DNA of 64,000 nt from assembly GCA_963769665.1 (NCBI GenBank), contig CAVYMQ010000002.1:42478-106477 (forward strand). Direction: 5' to 3'. This stretch comes from an uncultured Actinomycetes bacterium (GTDB lineage: Bacteria; Actinomycetota; Thermoleophilia; Gaiellales; Gaiellaceae). A model generated the notes under the pieces. It saw nothing but the letters and a program-made list of their open reading frames with translations. It had not been told where the DNA came from and searched no databases. The position numbers were made by a program, and so were the translations under genes. Position 1 is the stretch's first letter. Each line of letters begins with the position of its first letter. Shown in pieces: positions 42,016-50,893 of the stretch.

Positions 42016-43350
42016 GTGGGCATGCGGATAGGTGCGCCCGGTTCGGCACGCTCGACGGCGGGTATGCCGCCGCAGGTGAGGCTCTCAAAGCTCCTGATCA
42101 ATCTGAAGTCGAGCGTGTGGCTCGTGCCGGTCCTGTGCGTGCTCGCCGGCGCGGTACTGTCGTTCGGGACGATCGCGCTCGACCGCTCTTTCGACTATCA
42201 GGCGATCCCGCAGAGCCTGGTCGGCGGCCCAGACGCGGCCACCGAGATCCTCGGGACAGTTGCCGTCTCGATGGTCAGCTTGACTGCGCTCGTGCTCACG
42301 ATCACGATGGTGGTTGTCCAGCTGGCGATGGGTCAGTTCTCGCCGCGGATCGTCCAGCGGATCCTCCAGGACAAGCCGAGCGGGCTCGCGATCGGCCTCT
42401 TCGTTGCGACGTTCGTGCACTCGATCCTGGCGCTCCGCGAAGTGACGAACAACGGCGACGGCAGTGGGAACGTGCCAGGGATCGCGGTAGTCACGGCGTT
42501 CGCGCTCGTGCTCATAAGCATCGCCGTCCTCGTCATCTACGTACACCACATCGGCCGGGCGCTGCGTGTCTCAGCCCTGATCGAGCTCGTGGGGAAGGAG
42601 ACGCGCACGCTGCTCGACCGCAAGTACCCCGACAAAGGCTCCACTCCCGAACGTGAGACGGGAGGGCGGTTCATCGTCGAGGCGCAGAGCTCGGGCGTAC
42701 TCACCGGATTCAGCGTCGACCTACTCGTCGAAGAGGCCCGACGCGCAAACTGCCAGCTCGAGTTGTGCCCAGCGCTCGGCGAGTTCGTCCCTGCGGGAGC
42801 CCCGCTGTTCCGAGTCGCCGGCGACCGCAACCGCCTGGACGAGGACGCGCTCACCAGGGCCCTCATCCTCCAGCTCGAGCCCACACTGGACGAGGACGTC
42901 GCCTACGGTGTCCGACTCCTCGTCGACATCGCCGAGCGTTCGCTCGCCGAGTCACCCTTCCAGGATCCGACGACTGCGGTACAGGCGATCGATCGCTTGC
43001 ATGATCTTCTGCGACAGCTCGCACGGCGACCCTTCCCCGACGGCAGGCATCGGGACGAAGCGGGCGAGATCAGGCTGACCGTGAAGACGATGAGCTGGGA
43101 GGCGTACGTTCATCTCGCGTTCGACGAGATCCGCATGGCGGGCGCAGGCTCGCCCCAGGTGTCGCGAAGGCTGAAGGCCGCGCTCGAGGATCTGCGGACG
43201 ATCGTGCCTTTACAGCGCCTCTCAGTTCTCGACGAGCAGCTCGACCTGCTCACAGCCGCGACAGAGGCAGCCATGGACGATGCGCGAGACGTCGACATGG
43301 CGTTGCACCGGGATCCGGAGGGTATCGGCGCCGCATCGTCGCGTCCCTGA
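42016..43350 (+). CDS. DUF2254 membrane protein
   Basis: Four N-terminal TM helices (SVWLVPVL...), then a soluble domain with the typical DIAERSLAESPFQDPTTAVQAIDRL block. The start may be 42064. Confidence 0.7.
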   Translation: MGMRIGAPGSARSTAGMPPQVRLSKLLINLKSSVWLVPVLCVLAGAVLSFGTIALDRSFDYQAIPQSLVGGPDAATEILGTVAVSMVSLTALVLTITMVVVQLAMGQFSPRIVQRILQDKPSGLAIGLFVATFVHSILALREVTNNGDGSGNVPGIAVVTAFALVLISIAVLVIYVHHIGRALRVSALIELVGKETRTLLDRKYPDKGSTPERETGGRFIVEAQSSGVLTGFSVDLLVEEARRANCQLELCPALGEFVPAGAPLFRVAGDRNRLDEDALTRALILQLEPTLDEDVAYGVRLLVDIAERSLAESPFQDPTTAVQAIDRLHDLLRQLARRPFPDGRHRDEAGEIRLTVKTMSWEAYVHLAFDEIRMAGAGSPQVSRRLKAALEDLRTIVPLQRLSVLDEQLDLLTAATEAAMDDARDVDMALHRDPEGIGAASSRP

Positions 43351-43453
43351 ACGCTGAAAGCATCACTCCCACGGCCACCACAGCCGCATCTCCGACGTGT
43401 GGTGGTTCCGGCAATACCAGTAAAACCACTTGGCGAACCAGTGGCGGGGCTTG

Positions 43454-43786
43454 CTATTGCCGCGAGCGCGGATCGAGCTTTTCCACGTATTCGCCCGCGT
43501 CGCCCGTCTTTCGCACGATCCAGTAACCCTTGTTCTCGCTGGCCAAGGTCTCGACCTCCGGCGTGAAGTGGCGTGGCAAGACGAAGAACTGGGTGGGATC
43601 GGCCCTGACGTTCTCGTACTCCGCGGCGGTCAGCGAGACCTGGAAAGTGCAATCAGCGTTCGCGCACTCGCAGAAGTACTCGAAGTCGGCGTCTGACCCG
43701 AGTCCGTCTGCCGTCGCCTTGATCCGTTCGTTGACCTCGCGAAACAGCGCTTCGTTTTGCGCCATCCGCTTTTCGCGCTGGTCCAC
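43454..43786 (-). CDS. small CEC-x4-C protein, paralog 3
   Basis: NEALFREVNERI...FCECANADC...YENVRADP...LPRH...LDPRS. GTG start at 43786. Confidence 0.7.
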   Translation of the reverse strand: MDQREKRMAQNEALFREVNERIKATADGLGSDADFEYFCECANADCTFQVSLTAAEYENVRADPTQFFVLPRHFTPEVETLASENKGYWIVRKTGDAGEYVEKLDPRSRQ

Positions 43787-43795
43787 GGCGTCACC

Positions 43796-43966
43796 CTAAC
43801 CGGGAGGCTTCGTGGGCGGGTCACTGGGAGGACGCTTGCCGAACTGGAGCATGATCTGGTTCGTACGTTCCTCGATCCACTCGGCGCTGGGAGGCGGCTG
43901 GAGCCGTCCCAGGAGCGTCGCGATCGCCTCGCGAGCGTCTTTGATGTGCTGAGGTTCGCCGGGCAT
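43796..43966 (-). CDS. possible 56-aa protein upstream of paralog 3
   Basis: The sequence is MPGEPQHIKDAREAIATLLGRLQPPPSAEWIEERTNQIMLQFGKRPPSDPPTKPPG. GC3 is about 75% and the stop lies 10 nt before the next start. It is below the ORF-track size cutoff. Confidence 0.3.
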   Translation of the reverse strand: MPGEPQHIKDAREAIATLLGRLQPPPSAEWIEERTNQIMLQFGKRPPSDPPTKPPG

Positions 43967-44083
43967 TTCCGAGGACTGAGACTCCGCAAGCGCGGTGAAC
44001 TTGTCTTCCGCTCCGAGGAGCGCTCAAACCCTGAATCGGGCCTTGCGGGTAGCGATCCTGTTCCGTGGGTAGCGCGTGAGTTG

Positions 44084-45763
44084 ATGAATGCTGCTCTGCC
44101 GGACGCACTGACCCGCCTCAGGGACGACCTGAAGGCCGTACGTCTTCTGCTCGAGGTGGACGGCGCGCGGGACGCTCGGCAGGCGCGCGATGCCGCGGTC
44201 GCACAGATCGACGACTACGTCCTGCCTCGGATCAGGCAGATGGATGCGCCTGTCTTGATGGTCGTCGGGGGTTCGACAGGAGCCGGGAAGTCGACGATCT
44301 TGAACAGCCTCATCGGCACCGAGGTCAGCCCGGCCGGGGTTCTGCGTCCGACGACTCGGGCGCCGGTGCTTGCCTGCCACCCCGACGACCTGCACTGGTT
44401 CGAGGACCTGCGGATCTTGCCCAAGCTCTCGCGCACGACCGGCGCCTCGGGCGGGGCGGAGGGGTCATTGAGGCTCGTGCCGACCACCGCCCTCCAGCCG
44501 GGGCTCGCGCTGCTCGACTCGCCGGACATCGACTCCGTGCTCGCGGAGAATCGAGCTCTCGCCAACCAACTGCTCGCTGCGGCTGACGCATGGCTGTTCG
44601 TGACGACGGCCGCGCGGTACGCGGACGCGGTGCCTTGGGAGTTCCTGCGGAGCGCACGCGAGCGCGGAACGTCGCTCTCGATCGTGTTGAACCGCGTGCC
44701 CGACGATGCGCGAGAGGTTGCGGCGCACCTCCGCGAGATGCTGCGCGAGCAGGATCTCGCGGAGGCGGAGCTACTCGTCGTGCCGGAGACAGGGCTCGTC
44801 GACGGGCTGTTGCCCGCGCGTGCGCTTGCGCCGGTGCGCCAGTGGCTCGACGCACTCGCTGCCGACGCGGCGGCGCGCTCAGACCTGATCAGACGAACAC
44901 TCAAGGGAGCGCTTGCGAGTCTGCCCGCGCGTGCAGGCGGCGTTACGACCGCTGCCGCCGAGCAGCTGGCTGCGGCGTCCGAGCTACGGGCGGAGGTCGA
45001 CGCCGCCTACGCCGGGGCGCAGCGCGAGGTCGAGGAGGCGATGCGGAGTGGGTCGCTCCTCCGCGGTGAGGTGCTCGCGCGCTGGCATGAGGTGATCGGT
45101 ACGGGCGATGTGATGCGCGCGCTCGAGTCGCGAGTCGGTTGGGTGCGTGACCGGGTGAAGAGCGTGCTCACGGGAAAGCCGGCCCCAGACGAAGAGCTGC
45201 GAGTTGCGGTCGAGAACCGGATCGAGGCAGTGATCCGGGCCGCCGCGGAGCGGGCATCGGAACGAGCAGCGCGGGCGTGGCGTGAACACGCGTCGGGTCG
45301 AACGCTGCTCGCCGACTCGACGACGTTCGACCGCGCCTCGCGTGAGCTCGAGGCCCTCACCGAAGACGAGGTTCGCGCGTGGCAAGGATTCGTGTTCGAG
45401 CTCGTGAGTCGCGAGGGCGAATCGAAGCGGACGACCGCGCGCCTCGCCTCGCTGGGTGTGAACGGCGCGGGGCTCACCGTGATGCTGGCCGTGTTCGCGC
45501 ACACGGGCGGACTGACGGGCGCTGAAGTCGTCGTCGCGGGCGGCACATCGGCGATCAGCCAGAAGGTGCTCGAGGCGATCTTCGGTGACCAAGCGGTGAG
45601 GACGCTGGCCGCGCGCGCGAGAGAGGACCTCCTCGAGCGGGCCGAGCAGCTCCTGCGGGCCGACTCAGCGCGCTTCGACGAGTTGCTCGACGCGAGTGCT
45701 CCGGACGCGGAGAGCGTCGCGAGGCTGCACGGGTCGCTCGACGCAGTTCGACGCGCTGCGTGA
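44084..45763 (+). CDS. dynamin-like / HSR1-type GTPase 1
   Basis: ATG at 44084 lies within ORF 43757..45763. G1 is GGSTGAGKST, G3 is LLDSPDIDS and the G4-like motif is LNRVP. It has a long helical C-terminus. Confidence 0.8.
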   Translation: MNAALPDALTRLRDDLKAVRLLLEVDGARDARQARDAAVAQIDDYVLPRIRQMDAPVLMVVGGSTGAGKSTILNSLIGTEVSPAGVLRPTTRAPVLACHPDDLHWFEDLRILPKLSRTTGASGGAEGSLRLVPTTALQPGLALLDSPDIDSVLAENRALANQLLAAADAWLFVTTAARYADAVPWEFLRSARERGTSLSIVLNRVPDDAREVAAHLREMLREQDLAEAELLVVPETGLVDGLLPARALAPVRQWLDALAADAAARSDLIRRTLKGALASLPARAGGVTTAAAEQLAAASELRAEVDAAYAGAQREVEEAMRSGSLLRGEVLARWHEVIGTGDVMRALESRVGWVRDRVKSVLTGKPAPDEELRVAVENRIEAVIRAAAERASERAARAWREHASGRTLLADSTTFDRASRELEALTEDEVRAWQGFVFELVSREGESKRTTARLASLGVNGAGLTVMLAVFAHTGGLTGAEVVVAGGTSAISQKVLEAIFGDQAVRTLAARAREDLLERAEQLLRADSARFDELLDASAPDAESVARLHGSLDAVRRAA

Positions 45764-47334
45764 GCAACGACCTCGACAGGCGCCTGGTCGCACTCGCCGA
45801 GGCGGCGAGGCTGGCGGAGGGCCGACTCGACGACGACGCGGTGGCTCGCGCGAGCGCTGTCGTGGAAAAGGCCGGCGCGAGACTCGGCTTCGGGATCGAG
45901 AACACGGTCGTGGCACTCGCAGGCTCGACAGGCGTCGGGAAGTCGCAGCTCTTCAATGCGCTGTCGAGCTCCGAGCTCGCGGCGGTCAGCCGTCGCCGGC
46001 CGACGACGTCTGTCACCCAGGCGGCGGTGTGGGGAGACGGCGCCGATCCGCTTCTGGACTGGCTCGAGGTCGCACGACGCCACCGCCTCGATCCAGGGGA
46101 GCTCGGGGGCATGGTGTTGCTCGACCTTCCGGACTTCGACTCGATCGAGCGCCACCACCGCGACGAAGTCGACCGGGTCGTCGCGCTCGCCGATCTCGTC
46201 CTGTGGGTCGTCGAGCCGCAGAAGTACGCCGACGCTGCCTTGCACGAGCGGTACCTGCGCCCGCTCGCATCGCACGCAGCTGCGATGGCGATCGTTCTCA
46301 ACCAATCGGATCTGTTGTCGCCGGCGGACGTCGCTGCGTGGCGCGACGACATGGCTCGGCTCCTCGCTGAGGATGGCCTCGGCGACGTCTCGGTCGTAGT
46401 CGTCTCGGCCCGGACGGGGGCGGGCCTCGAAGAGCTACGGCAGCTGCTCCGCAGACGCGTTGCCGCTCGTCGGGCTGCGGTCGAGCGTCTCGAGGCTGAC
46501 GTCGCCGATGCTGCCGGGGCGTTGGCGAACGCGAGCGGGACAGGTACGCCCGCCGGCATCCGTGGCGACGATCGAGCCCGCTTGCTCGCCGCGCTCGAGG
46601 ACGCCGCGGGCGTGCCGGTCATCGTGCAGGCTGTGGACGCCGCCCACAGGCGTCGCGGCTCGCTTGCCACTGGGTGGCCGTTCGTGCGCTGGATCCGGCG
46701 TTTTCGGCCTGACCCTCTGCGTCGGCTGCGACTTCCCGAGACGCCACAACCCTCGGTGCGGACTTCCCGCCCGGAGCCGACCGAGGTTCAGCGCGCGCAG
46801 GTCGCGACCGCCGCACGCGCGCTCGCCGACCGTGCTGCCGAGGGGCTGCCCGCGCCCTGGCCGCGGCTCGTCCGCGACGCCGCGACCCAGCACGAAGCCG
46901 AGCTCCCCGACCGGCTCGACCGCGCCGTTTCCGGCACCGATTTGCACGTCGGCCGACCCCGCTGGTGGCGCGCAGCCGCCTTTCTTCAGCGCGTGTTCGC
47001 GGCCGCCACGATCGTCGGGATGCTCTGGCTGCTGGTCCTCGCCGTGCTCGGCTACCTCCACATCGACGAGGTCGTGCCGCTGCCCGAGCTCTGGGACGTT
47101 CCGATCCCGACGCTGTTCCTGCTCGGCGGGATCGCAGCCGGCGTCGTCTTCGCCTTCGTCTTCAGGCTCGTGAATGCGGCAAGCGGCCGACGCCGTGGTC
47201 GATCCGCTGCCCGCTCGCTGCGGAGACAGATCGAGGAAGTGGCCAAGGAGCACGTGCTCGGCCCGGTAGAGGCCGAGCTCGAGAGCCACGCGCAGCTGCG
47301 CAAGGCGATCGAGCTGGCGAAGCCCGGAACGTGA
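45760..47334 (+). CDS. dynamin-like / HSR1-type GTPase 2 with C-terminal TM helices
   Basis: GTGA overlap with GTPase 1. G1 is GSTGVGKSQ, G3 is LLDLPDFDS and G4 is LNQSD. There are two C-terminal TM helices. Confidence 0.8.
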   Translation: MSNDLDRRLVALAEAARLAEGRLDDDAVARASAVVEKAGARLGFGIENTVVALAGSTGVGKSQLFNALSSSELAAVSRRRPTTSVTQAAVWGDGADPLLDWLEVARRHRLDPGELGGMVLLDLPDFDSIERHHRDEVDRVVALADLVLWVVEPQKYADAALHERYLRPLASHAAAMAIVLNQSDLLSPADVAAWRDDMARLLAEDGLGDVSVVVVSARTGAGLEELRQLLRRRVAARRAAVERLEADVADAAGALANASGTGTPAGIRGDDRARLLAALEDAAGVPVIVQAVDAAHRRRGSLATGWPFVRWIRRFRPDPLRRLRLPETPQPSVRTSRPEPTEVQRAQVATAARALADRAAEGLPAPWPRLVRDAATQHEAELPDRLDRAVSGTDLHVGRPRWWRAAAFLQRVFAAATIVGMLWLLVLAVLGYLHIDEVVPLPELWDVPIPTLFLLGGIAAGVVFAFVFRLVNAASGRRRGRSAARSLRRQIEEVAKEHVLGPVEAELESHAQLRKAIELAKPGT

Positions 47335-47340
47335 CCGCGG

Positions 47341-47451
47341 CTACGCCTGGACGGCCGCACGCCGAGCCGACCGGCGGCGATACGCCGCGAACGCGATCTT
47401 CCACGCCTTGCGAGCGAGCCAGAGGAGGATCAGGTTGCGGATGCGGAGCAT
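47341..47451 (-). CDS. possible 36-aa amphipathic/membrane peptide
   Basis: The sequence is MLRIRNLILLWLARKAWKIAFAAYRRRSARRAAVQA. It is convergent with GTPase 2 and is the only plausible part of listed ORF 47341..48207. Confidence 0.2.
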   Translation of the reverse strand: MLRIRNLILLWLARKAWKIAFAAYRRRSARRAAVQA

Positions 47452-47543
47452 GTGAAGGGTTCTGGGCACTGGGGCCGCGCCGCAAACCAGACGACCGGCC
47501 TGAGCGGCTCGCTCCCTTCGATTCAGAACACACCGTGATGGCG

Positions 47544-48737
47544 CTAGGCGGCGGCTTTGAGCGAGCGGTCGACCGCGTCCGGAGCGAGGACGTGCTCGAT
47601 CGCCATGTTCGCCGCCCCGATCACGCCGGCGCGGTCGCCGAGCCGGCACGGGACGATTCGGAGGTCGCGCGTCGCGAGCGGGAGGGAGCGGCTGATGATT
47701 CCCTCGCGCACGCCGGCCAGTAGGTGCTCGTGCGCTTCGGCGATGTCCCCGCCGATGACGATCACTGCGGGGTTGAAGAAGTTGACGGTGCCCGCGAGGA
47801 CTTCGCCGAGCGTGCGCCCGGCGTCGCGCACCATCCTGATCGCGCCGGCGTGGCCGCTCCGCACGAGCCGGACGACGTCGCGGCTGCGTGATGCGCTCTC
47901 GCCCGAAGCGGCGAGCCGTTCCGCGATTGCTTGACCGCCGGCGATCGCCTCGAGACAACCGACGTTGCCGCAGCGGCACACGACGTCCGTCCGGTCGGTC
48001 GCGCGGATGTGGCCGATGTCTCCCGCTGCGCCGCGTGCGCCGCGGTGGATGTGGCCGTCCGCCACGATGCCGCAGCCGATCCCCGTCCCCACCTTGATCA
48101 GCAGCAGGTGCTCCGTCTCTGCGTGGTGAGTGCGGTGCTCTCCGAGCGCCATGATGTTGACGTCGTTGTCGACGAGGACCGGCGCGCGGTAACGGCTCTC
48201 GAACCACTCCGGGATCGGGAAGTCGTCCCAGCCGGGCATGATCGGCGGGTTCACCGGCCGCCCGCTGTCGAATTCGACGGGGCCCGGTACGCCGATTCCG
48301 ATGCCGTACACGTCGTCGGGAGCCCGACCCACCTCCGCGAGGAGCTCGTCGAATCGATCGGCGACCCAGCTCAAGGCCGCCTCGGGCCCGGCGGCGATCT
48401 CCAGGTCGGACGCCCGCTCGGCGAGTGGCTCACCGCCGAGATCGCTCAGCGCCACGCGCGCATGCGTCGCGCCGAGGTCCGCGACCAGCACGACGCCCGC
48501 CCCGCGGTTGAAGGCGAGCACCGTGGCCGGGCGGCCACCGGTCGAAGCGCCGCCGCCGGCTTCGTAGACGAGCCCTTGCTCGAGCAGCGCGTCCACGCGC
48601 TGGGCGACGGTCGACCGGGCGAGACCGGTTTCCCGGGCGAGATCGGCACGGGTGACCGCGACGCCCTCACGGATCAGGCGCAGGAGTGCACCGGCGCTGG
48701 TCTGGGAGGACTGCGTCGGAGCACGTTTTGTCGCCAT
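47544..48737 (-). CDS. ROK-family transcriptional regulator
   Basis: N-terminal HTH (RADLARETGLARSTVAQRV), ROK motifs GIGVPGPV and a CRCGNVGCLE zinc site. Confidence 0.9.
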   Translation of the reverse strand: MATKRAPTQSSQTSAGALLRLIREGVAVTRADLARETGLARSTVAQRVDALLEQGLVYEAGGGASTGGRPATVLAFNRGAGVVLVADLGATHARVALSDLGGEPLAERASDLEIAAGPEAALSWVADRFDELLAEVGRAPDDVYGIGIGVPGPVEFDSGRPVNPPIMPGWDDFPIPEWFESRYRAPVLVDNDVNIMALGEHRTHHAETEHLLLIKVGTGIGCGIVADGHIHRGARGAAGDIGHIRATDRTDVVCRCGNVGCLEAIAGGQAIAERLAASGESASRSRDVVRLVRSGHAGAIRMVRDAGRTLGEVLAGTVNFFNPAVIVIGGDIAEAHEHLLAGVREGIISRSLPLATRDLRIVPCRLGDRAGVIGAANMAIEHVLAPDAVDRSLKAAA

Positions 48738-48775
48738 AGTGCGCCAAATTACAGCATCGGTTGGACGAAGTATGC

Positions 48776-48815
48776 GAACTTATGATTGACAGCTGGACTA
48801 AGTTCGGTTTAGGCT
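48776..48815 (+). promoter_or_regulatory. promoter plus inverted-repeat operator candidate for the sugar operon
   Basis: GAACTTA-N16-TAAGTTC inverted repeat spanning TTGACA (48786-91). TAGGCT at 48810-15 lies 9 nt before ATG 48825, so the leader is short or absent. Confidence 0.4.
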
Positions 48816-48824
48816 CCCGCTCGG

Positions 48825-49973
48825 ATGACGCACCTCCGCGCGGCGATTGCAGGAACCGGGTTCATCGGGAAGGTGCACGCACGGTCGGCGCGACTCGCGG
48901 GAGCCCGGCTGGTCGGCGTCGCGGCCTCGACACCGGAATCCGCTCGGGCGGCGGCAGCGGAGCTCGGCGCCGAACGACATTTCGCGTCGGCGCAAGAGCT
49001 GGTGGGCGATCCGGAAGTCGACGTCGTCCACCTCTGCACGCCCAATCATCTCCACCTGCCGCTCGCCGAGGCTGCGCTCGCAGCGGGGAAGCACGTGATC
49101 TGCGAGAAGCCGCTCGCGCTCGACGCCGGAGGGGCGCAACGGCTCGTGGACGCGGCGGCAGAGTCGGGAAAGCAGGCGGCCGTACCGTTCGTCTACCGGT
49201 ACTACCCGACCGTGCGCGAGGCGCGCGAGCGAGTTGCGAGTGGGCGGACCGGTTCCCTGCGCCTGCTCCACGGCACGTACTTGCAGGACTGGCTGCTGCG
49301 GGCGGACGACGGCAACTGGCGCGTGGACGAGCAGCTTGGCGGTGCGTCGCGCGCGTTCGCCGACATCGGCTCGCACTGGTGCGACCTCGCCGAGTTCGTC
49401 TCGGGCCAGCGCATCGAGCGCCTCTCTGCGCGGCTGCTCACCGCCGTGCCGGAGCGAGTCAGTGAGGCAGGTCACGCGTTCGCGACCGCAGGAGGCGGCA
49501 GCGAGCTGCGCCAGGTGACGACCGAAGACGCCGCACTCGTCCAGTTCGAGACCGACGCGGGGGCAATCGGGTCGGTCGTCGTCAGCCAGATCTCCGCTGG
49601 ACGCAAGAACCGGCTCTGGCTCGAGGTCGACGGGACCGAGGAGGCGCTCGCCTTCGACCAGGAGCACCCGGAGGAGCTCTGGTGCGGCCGGCGCGAGGCG
49701 CTGACGATCGTGCGCCGGGACCCGACCACGCTATCCCCGGCCGCGGCGCGCTTCGCGACGCTGCCCGCCGGTCACCCGCAGGGCTACGCCGACTGCTTCG
49801 ACGCGTTCGTCGCGGACGTCTACGAGGGAATCGGCGCCGGCTCGACGATCGCAGGAACGCCGACGTTCGCCGACGGACTGCGTGCCGCGCTGATCACCGA
49901 AGCCGTGCTGACCTCCGCTCGTGAGGAGCGGTGGGTCGACGTGGCTGCGAGTCCCGCCGTGGTGGCAACGTGA
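48825..49973 (+). CDS. Gfo/Idh/MocA family oxidoreductase
   Basis: N-terminal AIAGTGFIGKVHA Rossmann motif and an EKPLA motif. Confidence 0.85.
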   Translation: MTHLRAAIAGTGFIGKVHARSARLAGARLVGVAASTPESARAAAAELGAERHFASAQELVGDPEVDVVHLCTPNHLHLPLAEAALAAGKHVICEKPLALDAGGAQRLVDAAAESGKQAAVPFVYRYYPTVREARERVASGRTGSLRLLHGTYLQDWLLRADDGNWRVDEQLGGASRAFADIGSHWCDLAEFVSGQRIERLSARLLTAVPERVSEAGHAFATAGGGSELRQVTTEDAALVQFETDAGAIGSVVVSQISAGRKNRLWLEVDGTEEALAFDQEHPEELWCGRREALTIVRRDPTTLSPAAARFATLPAGHPQGYADCFDAFVADVYEGIGAGSTIAGTPTFADGLRAALITEAVLTSAREERWVDVAASPAVVAT

Positions 49974-50893
49974 AGCTCGGCTTCCTGACCTCGTGCATGC
50001 CGGAGCGCAGCCTCGAGGACATCGCTGCGTGGGCGGGAGCCAACGGCTTCGAGGCGCTCGAGCTCGCCGCGTGGCCTCAGCTCGGCGACCGGCCGTTCAC
50101 GGCAAGCCACGTCAGGGCGGACGCCTTCGACGAGGGCGAAGCCGAGCGAGTTCGCAAGGCGCTCGACGATCAGGGTCTCGTGCTCTCCGCGCTCGCGTAC
50201 TACGACAACAACCTCGCGCCGGACGCTGCCGAGCGCGAGGCGTACCACGCGCACCTGCGCGCGTGCATCGACGCGGCGGCCGCGCTCGGCGGCGTCCCCG
50301 TCGGCACGTTCATCGGACGCGACCCCGGACGCACCGTCGCCGAGAACCTTCGCGAAGCAGAGCGCGTCTTTCCGCCGCTCGTCGATTACGCCGGTGAGCG
50401 CGGCGTGCGCCTGATGATCGAGAACTGCGTGATGGAGGGCTGGCATCCGGACGGGTACCCCGGCAACCTCGCGTACTCGCCCGAGCTGTGGGAGTGGATG
50501 TTCGAGCTCGGCCTCTTTCTGAACTTCGACCCGTCGCACCTGCTCTGGCTCGGGATCGACCCCGTCGAAGCGCTGCGGCCGTACGTCGACAGGGTGGCGC
50601 ACGCGCACGCGAAGGACGCCGAGACGTTTCCGAACGAGCGCAACCGCTATGGCTTCTTCGGCCGGCTTTCGACGCGCGAAGCAGATCCGTGGGACATGGG
50701 CTGGTGGCGGTACCGGATCCCCGGCCTCGGGCACGTCGACTTCCACGGTTACGTCGAAACGCTGCGCGAAGGCGGGTTCGACGGTGTGCTCTCGGTGGAG
50801 CACGAGGATCCGGTCCTGGCCGGCACGCCCGAGCTGGTCGAGCAGGGCCTCCAGGTCGCCCGCGACAACCTTCATCCCCTGGTCGCGCGATGA
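49970..50893 (+). CDS. sugar phosphate isomerase/epimerase (xylose-isomerase-like TIM barrel)
   Basis: GTG at 49970 overlaps the previous stop. It has LMIENC, DPSHL and SVEHED motifs. Confidence 0.8.
   Translation: MKLGFLTSCMPERSLEDIAAWAGANGFEALELAAWPQLGDRPFTASHVRADAFDEGEAERVRKALDDQGLVLSALAYYDNNLAPDAAEREAYHAHLRACIDAAAALGGVPVGTFIGRDPGRTVAENLREAERVFPPLVDYAGERGVRLMIENCVMEGWHPDGYPGNLAYSPELWEWMFELGLFLNFDPSHLLWLGIDPVEALRPYVDRVAHAHAKDAETFPNERNRYGFFGRLSTREADPWDMGWWRYRIPGLGHVDFHGYVETLREGGFDGVLSVEHEDPVLAGTPELVEQGLQVARDNLHPLVAR

Noticed and set aside
43800-44083. Plus-strand N-terminal extension of GTPase 1 (ORF start 43757) and the minus-strand ORFs 43821..44108 and 43630..43989.
   Set aside because: The extension overlaps the convergently read small genes and is Arg/Leu-rich. 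The listed minus ORFs are out of phase. Only the unlisted 56-codon frame (43796..43966) looks protein-like, and I report it with low confidence.
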